Made by a program: the position numbers and the translations under genes. Positions 52,885-63,032 of a stretch of DNA of 64,000 bases are shown piece by piece. The stretch's first letter is position 1; every line of letters starts with the position of its first letter. Under the pieces are notes generated by a model that was not told where the DNA came from, searched no databases, and was given only the letters and a program-made list of their open reading frames with translations. The stretch is from Acidobacteriota bacterium (GTDB lineage: Bacteria > Acidobacteriota > UBA6911 > RPQK01 > JAJDTT01): contig CBDCJH010000002.1 of the NCBI GenBank assembly GCA_965217775.1, positions 4,672,001 to 4,736,000 on the forward strand. Direction: 5' to 3'.

Positions 52885-53778
52885 TTACACCGCGGGTGCG
52901 TAATAACCGTTGCGGTGCCTGATGTTCAGCCCCTTGTCCCGGAACAGTTTGACCTCGATCTCCCTGAACTTGCCGTCATGGGTACGGTTTCTGGGAACGT
53001 ACGTCAGGCTGTATTGGGACCTGAGCTCTTCGTTGACGAGATCGAAGGTCTGCTGCAGTCCGTCGGCGGTGTAGGGAAAGAAAGCTCGTCCGCCCGTCTC
53101 GCGGGAGAGATTCCTCAGGATCTTCTCCCCTTTCTTCTGCTGATCGGCTCCGAAGCGGCTGGTGCCGATGCTGTAGACGGTCACCCCGGAGACGTGGATA
53201 CCCCGCAGGACGTCCTCCATCGTGTGCTGGCTGTCCTGGTCGACCCCGTCGGAGATGACCACGATGGCCTGGCGGGTGTCGGGATCGGTCATCTTCTGGG
53301 AGGAGACACTCATCAACGCGTCGAACAGCTTGGTTCCGCCTCCCGCCTTCAGTTCGCGGATCGCCTTGGCGATGGATCTGGGATTGGACGTGAAGTCGTG
53401 CAGGAGGGAGACGCCCGAATCGAACTCCACCAGGAGCACTTGATCCTGGGGGCGGAGGATGGAATGGACGAATCGGGTAGCGGCCCGCTTTTCGAACTCC
53501 AGCTTCAAGCGGACGCTGGAGCTGGTGTCGATGAGCAGACCGATACGCAAGGGCAGGGCGGTCTCGTGTCTGAAATTGGTGATGAACTGGCGCCGTCCGT
53601 CCTCGTAGATCTGGAACCGGTCCTTCTGGAGATTGGTGACGAACCGGTTCTTTTGATCGGTGACCGTCACCAGGACGTTGACGGCTTCGACCTCGACCCG
53701 AATCGGCGTCTGCTGAAAAGCGCACAACATCCAGAGGCCGATCCAGAGCAGGGCGCGGGCAGGACGCATCCGGACCAA
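52885..53778 (-). CDS. VWA domain protein (Acidobacterial VWFA type)
   Basis: DTSSSV MIDAS, GGTKLFDA, SDGVD, ELRSQYSLTY, HRNGYYA. Confidence 0.9.
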   Translation of the reverse strand: MVRMRPARALLWIGLWMLCAFQQTPIRVEVEAVNVLVTVTDQKNRFVTNLQKDRFQIYEDGRRQFITNFRHETALPLRIGLLIDTSSSVRLKLEFEKRAATRFVHSILRPQDQVLLVEFDSGVSLLHDFTSNPRSIAKAIRELKAGGGTKLFDALMSVSSQKMTDPDTRQAIVVISDGVDQDSQHTMEDVLRGIHVSGVTVYSIGTSRFGADQQKKGEKILRNLSRETGGRAFFPYTADGLQQTFDLVNEELRSQYSLTYVPRNRTHDGKFREIEVKLFRDKGLNIRHRNGYYAPAV

Positions 53779-53828
53779 TCTACAACAATTTACATTTGGC
53801 CGACAATTTTGTGAGAATACGGCCTGCC

Positions 53829-54413
53829 ATGAGTTCCAGAGACGATCAGCTTCGTCATCTCGACCGCATCGCCCATCGGATCGTGGACGAATGGTACGAG
53901 CGAGCGAAGCGGAGCTACGTCACCCAGGAAGACAGCCGGGACGTGGGTGTCGAACCCGAAGTCAAGCGCTTCCATCGCCGCGGCAACCATCGCATCAAGT
54001 TCTCCCGGCGGCGGGAACTTGAGGTCACCTACGGCCTGGGTGCGCTGAGGCGGGACACGCGGCTCTGCGTGGAGGCCAGCGTCAACAACAAGTCCGCCGG
54101 CTTCGACTACGATCTCTTCACGGGGCGGCTTCAGGACTACTACTGGGAATGCCGGCATGAGAAGCCGTGGACCGACCCCGAGTTCGATCACTTCAGCTTC
54201 AGCGATCTGCTCCACTTCGATCCCAGAATGTCCCACTCGGTCTCGCTGGACATCCGAAAGGACAAGGCCGACATCATTCGCCTGACCTTCGTTCTCAATT
54301 CAGGCCATGAGGAGCGCCTCATGGGCCGTGAAGAACTCCTGAAGGACCTGTTGGAAACCTACTGTCTCGCCCCCTTGAGACGCATCTACGCCGAGTCTTA
54401 CCGAGAGCGGTAG
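53829..54413 (+). CDS. Hypothetical protein
   Basis: Long ORF with genome-typical codon usage; no family recognised. Confidence 0.65.
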   Translation: MSSRDDQLRHLDRIAHRIVDEWYERAKRSYVTQEDSRDVGVEPEVKRFHRRGNHRIKFSRRRELEVTYGLGALRRDTRLCVEASVNNKSAGFDYDLFTGRLQDYYWECRHEKPWTDPEFDHFSFSDLLHFDPRMSHSVSLDIRKDKADIIRLTFVLNSGHEERLMGREELLKDLLETYCLAPLRRIYAESYRER

Positions 54414-54434
54414 GAGCGGCTGAAAGAGCCCGCT

Positions 54435-54731
54435 ATGGACCAGTCCAAAATCGAACAGCAACGCCGGATTCAAGAGTTTCTGAACCGCGACTACAGTTGG
54501 CGCCTGTCAGCCGGAGAATGCAACTTCCTGATTCAGCTCATCGCCTTTCTGGTGCCGGCGAATCCCCCGTTCGTCGTGAACGATGAAGGGGAGAAGGAAC
54601 CGTTGAACTACCAAAGCATCCGATCCATGGTTCTGCTCAACGAGAAGCTCCGGGTCCAGTTGCAGGATTACGCCGCCCGGGAATCGATCATGATGGACGA
54701 CATGGACCCGGTGACGGATCGGGTCCAGTAA
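54435..54731 (+). CDS. Hypothetical protein
   Basis: 98-aa ORF co-oriented with preceding gene. Confidence 0.6.
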   Translation: MDQSKIEQQRRIQEFLNRDYSWRLSAGECNFLIQLIAFLVPANPPFVVNDEGEKEPLNYQSIRSMVLLNEKLRVQLQDYAARESIMMDDMDPVTDRVQ

Positions 54732-54780
54732 CCGGCGCGGAATCGTAGCGGAAGGCCCGGCAGCTTCCATCGGTCCCCGG

Positions 54781-55587
54781 TCACGGCTGCTTGCTGGTGG
54801 CCGCCAGTTCCGTCTCGACCCGGGGCAGGTTCTCCGCCGAACGCCCCCTCAGCGCCTGGAAGCGAACCACCTCCCCGACCACCAGCAGAGCAGGCGAGCG
54901 GATGTCCGCCTTCCGAGTCCGGCCGAAGATGTTGCTCAGGGTCCCGGCCGTTTCCTGTTGACTTTCCAGGGTGCCCGATCCGATGACTGCGGCCGGCGTG
55001 TCCAGCGGCCTTCCATGGAGCACCAGTTGGGAGATGATCTGCTTGAGGTTTCCCAAGGGCATGAGGAAGACGACGGTGTCGGCCCGGGCGGCCAGTTCCC
55101 AGGACGGGTTCCGGTCGGTCCCCGAGGCGCGATGCCCGCTCAAGACCAGGACGGACGAGGAAAGCTCCCGGTGGGTCAGGGGGATCCCGGCGGCGGTGGG
55201 AACCCCGAAAGCGGCACTGACCCCAGGAACGATCTCGAAGGGGACCTGGTGAGCCGACAAGTACTCCATCTCTTCCCCGCCCCGGCCGAAGATGAGGGGA
55301 TCCCCTCCCTGGAGACGGACCACCTCTTTCCCGGCGCGGGCCTGGGATACCATCAGCTCATGGATCTTCTCTTGGGGGAAACCGTAGTGCCCCCCCTTCT
55401 TTCCCACCGGAATGGCCTCGGCGGAATCGGGAATCAGGTCCAGGACCCTGGAATCGACCAGCCGGTCGTAGATGACCACGTCGGCACGGCTCAGGCAACG
55501 GACCGCCTTGACCGTCAGCAGCTCCGGGTCTCCGGGGCCGGCGCCCACCAGGACGACATGTCCGGTTCGTGGCCGGAGGATCTTCAT
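54781..55587 (-). CDS. cobA: Uroporphyrinogen-III C-methyltransferase
   Basis: VGAGPGDPELLT, GGDPLIFGRGGEE, PLTHR. Confidence 0.93.
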   Translation of the reverse strand: MKILRPRTGHVVLVGAGPGDPELLTVKAVRCLSRADVVIYDRLVDSRVLDLIPDSAEAIPVGKKGGHYGFPQEKIHELMVSQARAGKEVVRLQGGDPLIFGRGGEEMEYLSAHQVPFEIVPGVSAAFGVPTAAGIPLTHRELSSSVLVLSGHRASGTDRNPSWELAARADTVVFLMPLGNLKQIISQLVLHGRPLDTPAAVIGSGTLESQQETAGTLSNIFGRTRKADIRSPALLVVGEVVRFQALRGRSAENLPRVETELAATSKQP

Positions 55588-56159
55588 TGCAAGCCTTCCT
55601 CAAGCCGGGAACGGACCGCCGCCACACCGTGGCAACGAGCGGTTTCCAAAAGCTCCGGATCCCTCACCATCCGATTATAGTACTCGCTCCGCTCCCGAAA
55701 GGAATTGAGGCGCTCTTTGACCAGTGGCCGAACCTCTCCCAGAGCCCGGACCAGATCTCCGTACTCGGGTCCGAACTGCGCCTCGAGCTGCTGCCGGATC
55801 TTGCGCGCCAGGGCCGGGCTCTTGCCGGAGGTCGAAATGGCCAGAACCAGAGCTCCGCGCCGAGCGATGGCCGGGGCGATGAAACTGCAGTTGGGCGTCT
55901 GGTCGACCACGTTCACCAGGATCCCCCTCCGGTCGGCGAACTCCTTGATCCGGCGGCCCAGATCGGAATCGCCGGTGACGGCCACGATCAGGAAGACATT
56001 GCTCCGATCCGGATCGAAAGCGGGGGTACGGAGGACCCGGGCTCCGGCCTGCTCCAGACCCCTCGCCTTCTCGTCGGCAAGTTCTCCCTCGCCGATCACC
56101 AGACACGAACGGTCTCGAAGGTCCAGGAATACGGGGTAGTAGAGGGGAGGATTCTCCAT
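55584..56159 (-). CDS. Precorrin-2 dehydrogenase / CysG N-terminal domain
   Basis: YPVFLDL, VNVVD, AISTSGKSPALA. Confidence 0.9.
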   Translation of the reverse strand: MENPPLYYPVFLDLRDRSCLVIGEGELADEKARGLEQAGARVLRTPAFDPDRSNVFLIVAVTGDSDLGRRIKEFADRRGILVNVVDQTPNCSFIAPAIARRGALVLAISTSGKSPALARKIRQQLEAQFGPEYGDLVRALGEVRPLVKERLNSFRERSEYYNRMVRDPELLETARCHGVAAVRSRLEEGLQ

Positions 56160-56177
56160 GGATCAATTCCGATCGGT

Positions 56178-56344
56178 TTAGCAGTCCGTGGTGAAAGTCT
56201 CGCGAGCACCGAGACCGTTCCTGCGCCCGCCGGACAAGGCGCTTCGGAGGGAGCATACCGGGAGTATGTGAGCCGATAGCAACGCAGTCCGCCGGGATGC
56301 AGGGACGGTCGAATGCCGTGACGACTTTTGCCACGGGCTGCCAG
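56178..56344. mobile_element. MITE family A, copy 2 (inverted relative to copy 1)
   Basis: Homologous to 11786-11951; flanks TTAG / CCAG (degenerate CTAG). Confidence 0.82.
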
Positions 56345-56435
56345 CAAAATAGCCGAGCAGGAGGCTCCCTGTAAAGCCAAGACTTCTCTTCCGTAGTAGA
56401 CTGGAAACACACCTGAGAACAGGGGAGAACTAAGG

Positions 56436-56798
56436 ATGAAGCGAAGAGCGTTATTGGTCTCGTGGCTTCTGTTTTGGCTCGCTCCGGGTGCGGCGTTCGC
56501 GGCGGCGGGTGAGCCGCCTGCGGCACCCACCGATCTCAAGGGCGTCAAGCGTTTCAAGGGCGCTGTGGCCACCACCGAGCTGACCTGGAAAGACCGCTCC
56601 GACAATGAGCTGGGGTTCGAGATTCTCCGCTCCGACGGCGGGCCCGAGTTCCGGGTCGTCGGGATCGTGGGCGCCAACTCGTCTCGCTACCGGGATGAGA
56701 TCGGCAAGTACGTCACGGGGGCCTTTTCCTACAGGGTGCGAGGATTCAACCAGAACGGCAAGGGAGAGACTTCCAACACCGTCTCACTGCTATTCTGA
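56436..56798 (+). CDS. Secreted fibronectin type III domain protein
   Basis: Signal peptide; PAAPTDL, LTWKDRSDNELGF, YRVRGFN. Confidence 0.85.
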   Translation: MKRRALLVSWLLFWLAPGAAFAAAGEPPAAPTDLKGVKRFKGAVATTELTWKDRSDNELGFEILRSDGGPEFRVVGIVGANSSRYRDEIGKYVTGAFSYRVRGFNQNGKGETSNTVSLLF

Positions 56799-56963
56799 AA
56801 CGGAGTTCGCCCCTGCCCGGAAGGGGGCGCCGAATGGGAATCGAGGTGGCCGCTCCACTCCGAGTTCCCCATGAGTTCCAGGATGACTCCCCCCAGGCCT
56901 GCCGGAGTTGCGACTTGCACAACGTTGGGTAGGCGCCACCTCCGGACCGCTTTTCTCATCGGG

Positions 56964-59576
56964 TCAACGCTTCTTCCGGGGAGAACGGCGACGGCTGGTC
57001 CGGCGTTTGCTTCCGGCCTTGCGGCGGATCTTGCGGCCACCTCGCTTGGCCTGATCTCGTTTCAGACGTCGATTGAGAAGCTCCACGGCGAGGGGAACGT
57101 CCACGTCCTCGGGTTTCGCGTCCTTCCCGATCGAGGCGTTGACCTTTCCGTGCTTGACGTACGGCCCGTAGCGGCCCTTGAAGATCTCGATGGGGGCCCC
57201 GTCATCCGGATGCTTTCCGATCTCCCGGATTCTGGTCCTGGCGCCCCGCTTGGGGGCTGAGAGCAGTTCCAGCGCCCGTTCCAGTCCGATGGTGAACAGA
57301 TTGTCCCCGGGCACAAGGCTGCGAAAGTCCCGTTTGTGCACCACGTAAGGCCCGTAGCGGCCCGACCCGGCTCGTACCGGCTCTCCCGTGTCCGGATGCT
57401 CTCCGACCAGGCGGGGCAGCGCCAGCAGGCGCAGGGCCAGATCCAGCGTCACCGCTTCAGGAGCCGTGCCCTTCGGCAGTCCTTGACGGGGCGGCTTTTT
57501 TCCCTGCTGCGATTCGCCCCGTTGCACGTAAGGGCCGAAGCGGCCATCCATGAGGTAGATGGAATCTCCCGTCTCCGGATCCTTCCCGAGCTCGGCCGGT
57601 CCCTGCTCCCGGCGGCGCAGGATCTCGTCCGCCTGCTCGGCGGTGAGGTCGGCGGGGAGCATGCCCTCCGGGAGCGGAGCCGTCCGCCGACTCGCGGCGC
57701 CGCCGTCTTCCAGATAGGGACCGTAACGGCCGATCCTGACCCGCGGCGTGACGCCGGAGAATTGGACGGTGGAAGCGACACGGGGGTCGATGTTTTCCTG
57801 TTGCGTCGTCAACCGCGCCTCGAATCCCTCCTCACCCTTGTAGAAGCCCTTCAGATACTCCCGCCAGTCGATTTCGCCCCGGGCGATATGGTCCAGGGAC
57901 TCCTCCATTCTGGCCGTGAAGCCGGTGTCCACCAGATCCGGGAAATGGTTCTCCATCAGCAGAGTCACGGCAAAGGCAATGAAGGTCGGATGCAGATTCT
58001 TCTTCTTGAGCTCGGCATAGCCGCGGTTCTGGATGGTGGTAATGATCGCCGCGTAGGTGGACGGACGGCCGATCCCCTTCTGCTCCAACACCTTCACCAG
58101 CGCGGCTTCGGTGTAGCGGGCGGGCGGGCGGGTACGGCGCTCGAAGCTCTCCAGCTTCCTGAGATCCAACTCCTGCCCTTCGATCAGGTCCGGAAGCAGG
58201 ATTTCCTGGTCTTCCAACACTGCGTCCGGGTCGTCGGACCCTTCCACATAGGCCCGGAGGAATCCCGGAAATTCGATGGTTTTACCCCGGGCGCGAAATC
58301 CAGCCTCGGCCGCGCCGATGACGGCGGTCACGCGTCGTTGGCGCGAGGCGGCCATCTGCGTCGCCACCGCCCGGCGCCACACGAGTTCGTACAGCGCCCG
58401 CTCCTTCCCGAAGAGTTCGAGCTCGGCCGCCGTGTTCATCTTGGCCCCGGCCGGCCGAATCGCTTCGTGCGCCTCCTGGGCCGTACTGGAACGTGTCCGA
58501 TAACGCCGCGGCCTGGGACTCAGGTATTCGCTTCCGTAGCGGGCCTTGACGGTGGAACGGATCTGGGAGACGGCATCGCCCGAGAGGTTGACCGAATCGG
58601 TGCGCATGTAGGTGATGAGCCCTCTCTCGTAGAGCCCCTGCGCCACTCTCATGGTATCCCGCGAGCCCAGATTCAGCTTGCGGTTGCCTTCCTGTTGCAG
58701 GGTGGCCGTGGTGAAAGGCGGGGCCGGATTGGTCTTGAAGAGCTTTTTCGTTACCGACCGGACTCGGAACGTCTCATCCGCCAGTCGCCTTTTGAGACTG
58801 TCCACCCGTTCCTTGTCGACCAGGAGGACCTTCCGTCCGGCCTTCAATTTTCCCGTGGTCTCATCGAAGTCGCGGCCCGTCGCCGTCCGCTGGCCGTCCA
58901 CTTCCACCAGGCCGGCGGCGAAAGGCACAGGGTCACGGACACCCTGTTTGGGATGGGAAAGCTCGTCGTCCGCCGCCAGGTGCGCCTTGAGGTCCCAGTA
59001 GACTGCCGAGTGGAACGCCCGGCGCGCCCGCTCCCGCTCCACCAGGAGCCGGACGGCCACGGACTGGACGCGGCCTGCCGAGAGGCCGGGCTTGATCTTC
59101 TTCCAGAGCAGCGGCGAGAGCTTGTATCCGACGAGCCGGTCCAGCACTCGGCGGGCTTGCTGGGCGTCGACCCGGTCCGCGTCGATTTCGCCGGGGCGTT
59201 CCATGGCCGCCCTCACGGCCCGCGGCGTAATCTCGTTGAAGGACACCCGCCGGAAGCGTCCGGCAGCCGACTGTTTTCCGGCGCCGAGCGCCTGCGCGAT
59301 GTGGTAGGCGATGGCCTCTCCCTCGCGGTCCGGATCGGTCGCCAGCAGGATGCGGTCGGCTCGTTTGGCGGCCGCCCGCAGTTTCCGGAGCACGGGCCCC
59401 TTGCCTTCGATGGTCACGTACTCCGGCTCGAATCCGGCCTCGACGTCCACTCCCAGACCCTTCTTGGGCAGGTCGCGCACGTGGCCGACCGACGCCTCGA
59501 CTCTGTATCCGTCGTCGAGGTATCTCCCCAACGTCCTCGCCTTGGCGGGCGACTCCACGATCACCAGATCAGTCAC
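56964..59576 (-). CDS. topA: DNA topoisomerase I
   Basis: LVIVESPAKA, ATDPDREGE, ITYMRTDS, GIGRPSTY, C-terminal GRYGPY repeats. Confidence 0.97.
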   Translation of the reverse strand: MTDLVIVESPAKARTLGRYLDDGYRVEASVGHVRDLPKKGLGVDVEAGFEPEYVTIEGKGPVLRKLRAAAKRADRILLATDPDREGEAIAYHIAQALGAGKQSAAGRFRRVSFNEITPRAVRAAMERPGEIDADRVDAQQARRVLDRLVGYKLSPLLWKKIKPGLSAGRVQSVAVRLLVERERARRAFHSAVYWDLKAHLAADDELSHPKQGVRDPVPFAAGLVEVDGQRTATGRDFDETTGKLKAGRKVLLVDKERVDSLKRRLADETFRVRSVTKKLFKTNPAPPFTTATLQQEGNRKLNLGSRDTMRVAQGLYERGLITYMRTDSVNLSGDAVSQIRSTVKARYGSEYLSPRPRRYRTRSSTAQEAHEAIRPAGAKMNTAAELELFGKERALYELVWRRAVATQMAASRQRRVTAVIGAAEAGFRARGKTIEFPGFLRAYVEGSDDPDAVLEDQEILLPDLIEGQELDLRKLESFERRTRPPARYTEAALVKVLEQKGIGRPSTYAAIITTIQNRGYAELKKKNLHPTFIAFAVTLLMENHFPDLVDTGFTARMEESLDHIARGEIDWREYLKGFYKGEEGFEARLTTQQENIDPRVASTVQFSGVTPRVRIGRYGPYLEDGGAASRRTAPLPEGMLPADLTAEQADEILRRREQGPAELGKDPETGDSIYLMDGRFGPYVQRGESQQGKKPPRQGLPKGTAPEAVTLDLALRLLALPRLVGEHPDTGEPVRAGSGRYGPYVVHKRDFRSLVPGDNLFTIGLERALELLSAPKRGARTRIREIGKHPDDGAPIEIFKGRYGPYVKHGKVNASIGKDAKPEDVDVPLAVELLNRRLKRDQAKRGGRKIRRKAGSKRRTSRRRSPRKKR

Positions 59577-59686
59577 GGTCGAGTTGTCCTTTCCTTCTCA
59601 AGTCTGCGGCCGACGGCGCAACGGCGACCGTCCTAGCCGTCCCTTCTATAGCACAAGCGTCTCCGTCGAGAGCAAAAAAGATCGGA

Positions 59687-60790
59687 TCAGGACAGGCGCC
59701 GGCTGTATTGGCGGCCTGGACTCTGCCGGATCAGACCCTTGAGCTCCAGACTCAGAAGGAGGTCGCTGAGCCGGGAAACGTCCAGACCCGATTGGGCCAG
59801 GATGGCGTCGATGTGAAGCGTCGAATCGACGGCCAACAGGGTCAGCACTTCCTTTTCTCCAGCGGTGGTCCGAGGCGCCGGAGAGGGTTCGGCGTCCTTG
59901 GTCCCGAGCCGTTCCAGGACGGAGAGTGGGAGCTCTTCCAGCACGTCCTGGACCGACAGGACCGGTTTGGCCCCCTGTTGGATCAACCAGTTGGGACCCC
60001 AGCTCAGGGGCAGAGTGATGGCTCCCGGAACCGCCCAGACGTCCCGCCCCTGCTCCAGGGCGAGGTTCGCGGTGATGATTGATCCGGACCCCTTGGCCGC
60101 CTGCGTGACGACGGTCCCGTGTGCGAGTCCACTGATGATCCGGTTGCGGGCCGGGAAGTGGTGGCGCGCCGGGGGACTGCCGCGAGGAAACTCGCTGACC
60201 AGGCAACCCTGTTCCCGCACGCGGCGAAACAACTCCCCGTTTTCCGGGGGGTAGACCACGTCGATGCCGCAGCCCAGGACCCCGATCGTCCTACCTTCCT
60301 CCTGGAGAGCTCCCCAATGAGCCTCCGAATCGACGCCGCGGGCCAATCCACTCACCACGCAGAGACCCAGGGCCGAGAGTTCCCGGGCCAGCTTGCGGCT
60401 GACCTCCTTCCCGTAGACGGTGGGCCGGCGAGAGCCCACCAACGCCACCGAGGGTCCGGACAGGGTCTCGACCCTTCCGGCACAGTAGAGGACCGGAGGG
60501 GGATCGTGAATCTGCCGGAGGATCCGAGGGTAAAGGGGACTGTCCAGGGTGACCAACTGAAGGCCCAGACCTGCAAGCCGGCCCAGTTCCCGTTCGGCCG
60601 CCCGGATCGCCGAACCTCCGACGATGGCGCCGATGGACTTTTCCGGCAGCCGGAGGCTCCGGAGAGATTTGCCGGACAGGCGGAAAAAGGATGACAACGG
60701 CCGCTCTTCCTTGAGCAGGGACCGGATGACACGGCCGGGTAGTCCGGGGACGCGCGACAGAGCCAGCCAGAGCAGGGATTCCTGGTTCAT
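59687..60790 (-). CDS. dprA: DNA-processing protein DprA
   Basis: VGSR, VSGLARGVD, FPARNRIISGL, C-terminal wHTH. Confidence 0.96.
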   Translation of the reverse strand: MNQESLLWLALSRVPGLPGRVIRSLLKEERPLSSFFRLSGKSLRSLRLPEKSIGAIVGGSAIRAAERELGRLAGLGLQLVTLDSPLYPRILRQIHDPPPVLYCAGRVETLSGPSVALVGSRRPTVYGKEVSRKLARELSALGLCVVSGLARGVDSEAHWGALQEEGRTIGVLGCGIDVVYPPENGELFRRVREQGCLVSEFPRGSPPARHHFPARNRIISGLAHGTVVTQAAKGSGSIITANLALEQGRDVWAVPGAITLPLSWGPNWLIQQGAKPVLSVQDVLEELPLSVLERLGTKDAEPSPAPRTTAGEKEVLTLLAVDSTLHIDAILAQSGLDVSRLSDLLLSLELKGLIRQSPGRQYSRRLS

Positions 60791-60844
60791 TTCCTATTGA
60801 TAACGCTGGCGGTGGAAGATCCGTGGAGAAGAGGGCGTGTAGAG

Positions 60845-60927
60845 GGGGGACTGGCGTCCCCCCTGACCCCCCCTAATCGGCGACAAGAAAGTCGCCGCTC
60901 CATGGCGACAAGAAAATTGCGGCTCCA
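60845..60927 (-). repeat. Perfect REP (60879-60901) with partial REPIN spacer and a degenerate REP
   Basis: Minus strand GGAGCGGCGACTTTCTTGTCGCCGATTAGGGGGGTCAGGGGGGAC. Confidence 0.8.
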
Positions 60928-60992
60928 GCCGTCGCTCCTTGGCGGCTTTCATCCCGGACTGCTAACCTCTACTTCGCTTTTCGGGGTCGACT

Positions 60993-61838
60993 TTGCCGGG
61001 GGAAAGAGACAGCTTGCCGTTGCGGGTTTCGTTCATCGAGTTCCTCAACGCGGTGCCGCTGGGATGGGGATTCCTGGAGGGGCAGCATGCCGGGATCCTG
61101 GATGTCGCTTTCGACGTTCCTTCCGAGTGTGCCCGCCGGCTGGCCGCCGGCGAGGCGGACGTGGGGTTGATTCCGGTCATCGAGTGCGGCCGGATCCCGG
61201 GGTTGAGAGTCCTTCCCGATATCTGCATCGCTTCCAGGCAGGAGGTCAAGAGCGTTCTGTTCGTGAGCAAGGTGCCGATATCCCAGGTCTCCCGTCTGGC
61301 CGTGGACCGGTCCAGCCGCACTTCCGTCGCGCTCCTGAGGATCATTCTGGAGAGGTTTCACGGTCGGGACTCCATCGAGTACGTGGTGGAGGATCCGGAT
61401 CCCGAAAGAATGTTGGAGCGTTACGATGGGGCGCTGGTCATCGGAAACGCCGCCATGCAGGTCAGCGGCGGCTCGCTCAGCGTCTACGACCTGGCCGCCG
61501 AATGGTTTCGGTTCACCGGTCTTCCCTTCGTCTTCGCGGTCTGGGCAGTGCGTCCCGAGGTGACCCTGGGGGAGCGGCTCCGCCTCTTCTACGAGTCCCG
61601 CGAGAGGGGTCTGCGGTCCATCGAGGCCATTTCCCGGCTCTATGCCGGCAGGCTGGGACTGGAGCTGGCGGAGGTGCGGGACTATCTGCTCAATCTCAAC
61701 TACGTCCTGGACGACAACAGCCGTCGCGGCCTGACGACCTTTCTTGACCTGGCCCGGGAAATGGGCTTGATTCCGACAGCGCCGGACCTGGAATACTACC
61801 CCCTCCCGGACCCGGTCCGGATCTCTAGCAGAGGCTGA
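60993..61838 (+). CDS. mqnA: Chorismate dehydratase (futalosine menaquinone pathway)
   Basis: FLNAVPL, SRTSVAL, LVIGNAA, YDLAAEW, LPFVFAVW. Confidence 0.9.
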   Translation: MPGERDSLPLRVSFIEFLNAVPLGWGFLEGQHAGILDVAFDVPSECARRLAAGEADVGLIPVIECGRIPGLRVLPDICIASRQEVKSVLFVSKVPISQVSRLAVDRSSRTSVALLRIILERFHGRDSIEYVVEDPDPERMLERYDGALVIGNAAMQVSGGSLSVYDLAAEWFRFTGLPFVFAVWAVRPEVTLGERLRLFYESRERGLRSIEAISRLYAGRLGLELAEVRDYLLNLNYVLDDNSRRGLTTFLDLAREMGLIPTAPDLEYYPLPDPVRISSRG

Positions 61839-63007
61839 TGCAGGTTCGAACGGGTCTTGACCTCTTACTCGACCAGCGGCTGGACCTGGTGGCCGGCAAG
61901 CGGGTCACCGTCATCGCCCACGCCGCCTCCGTGGACTTCCGCATCCGCAACATCGTCGACCTCTTCCGGCATCATCCCGAGATCGAGCTGGTTTCGGTCA
62001 TGGGCCCGCAGCACGGCATTTACGGAGAGACCCAGGACAACATGGTGGAGTGGGAGGGTTACCGGGACCCGGACACGAATCTCCCGTTTCACAGCCTTTA
62101 CGGAGAGACGCGGCGGCCCACCCGAACCATGTTGTCGGAAACCGACGTCCTGGTGTTCGACCTGCAGGACGTGGGCGCCCGTTACTACACCTTCATCCAC
62201 ACCCTGGCCCTGGTCCTGGAGGCCGCGGGCGAGTCGGGGAAGGAGGTCGTGGTCCTGGACCGTCCCAATCCCATCGGCGGCGGCCAGTTGGAGGGTCCGG
62301 TGCTGGATCCGGCCTTCCGGTCGTTCGTGGGGTTGTATCCACTGCCGATCCGGCACGGGATGACCATGGGAGAGATCGCCGGCTACCTGAACTCGGAGTT
62401 CGAGTTGGGATGCCCGCTCCGGGTGGTCCCGATGCAGGGTTGGAAACGGGAGATGTACTTCGAGGATACCGGCCTGCCCTGGGTCATGCCCTCACCCAAC
62501 ATGCCCTCGGTGGAGACGGCCCTGGTCTATCCGGGACTCTGCCTGCTGGAAGGGACCAACGTCTCGGAGGGGAGAGGGACCACGAGACCCTTCGAACTCT
62601 CGGGAGCTCCCTGGATTGCGGCTCCGGCACTGGTCGCCGAACTGGAATCGGCACGGCTTCCGGGAGTCCACTTTCGGCCCCTCTACTTCATTCCCACCTT
62701 TCACAAATGGGCCGGCGAACGGGTGGGGGGAATCCAGATCCACGTCACCGACAGGACCCGGTTCAAACCTTTTCTGACCGGGCTGGTTCTGGTGCGCCTG
62801 TATCGGGAGTTGAGCGACGGAAGGTTCGAGTGGAAGCCGCCGCCCTACGAATATGAGATGGAGAAGCTCGCCTTCGATATTCTCTGCGGCACCGATCGCC
62901 TCCGGCTTCAATTGGAAGGGGGAACTACGCTCCAGGATGCGGCCCGGGAATGGCAGCCCCAGCTCGAGGCCTTCGCAAGGGTGCGGCAGAAGTATCTGCT
63001 CTACTGA
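61838..63007 (+). CDS. namZ: Exo-beta-N-acetylmuramidase NamZ (DUF1343)
   Basis: GPQHG, DLQDVGARYYTF, DRPNP, RHGMTMGE, EGRGTTRPFE. Confidence 0.9.
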   Translation: MQVRTGLDLLLDQRLDLVAGKRVTVIAHAASVDFRIRNIVDLFRHHPEIELVSVMGPQHGIYGETQDNMVEWEGYRDPDTNLPFHSLYGETRRPTRTMLSETDVLVFDLQDVGARYYTFIHTLALVLEAAGESGKEVVVLDRPNPIGGGQLEGPVLDPAFRSFVGLYPLPIRHGMTMGEIAGYLNSEFELGCPLRVVPMQGWKREMYFEDTGLPWVMPSPNMPSVETALVYPGLCLLEGTNVSEGRGTTRPFELSGAPWIAAPALVAELESARLPGVHFRPLYFIPTFHKWAGERVGGIQIHVTDRTRFKPFLTGLVLVRLYRELSDGRFEWKPPPYEYEMEKLAFDILCGTDRLRLQLEGGTTLQDAAREWQPQLEAFARVRQKYLLY

Positions 63008-63032
63008 CATGGTGGCAGAAGAGGGGAAACGA

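Noticed and set aside
60945-61010. Riboswitch upstream of mqnA or dprA
   Set aside because: Only a short FMN-like fragment (AGTCCGGGATGAA on the minus strand); the remaining conserved elements are absent
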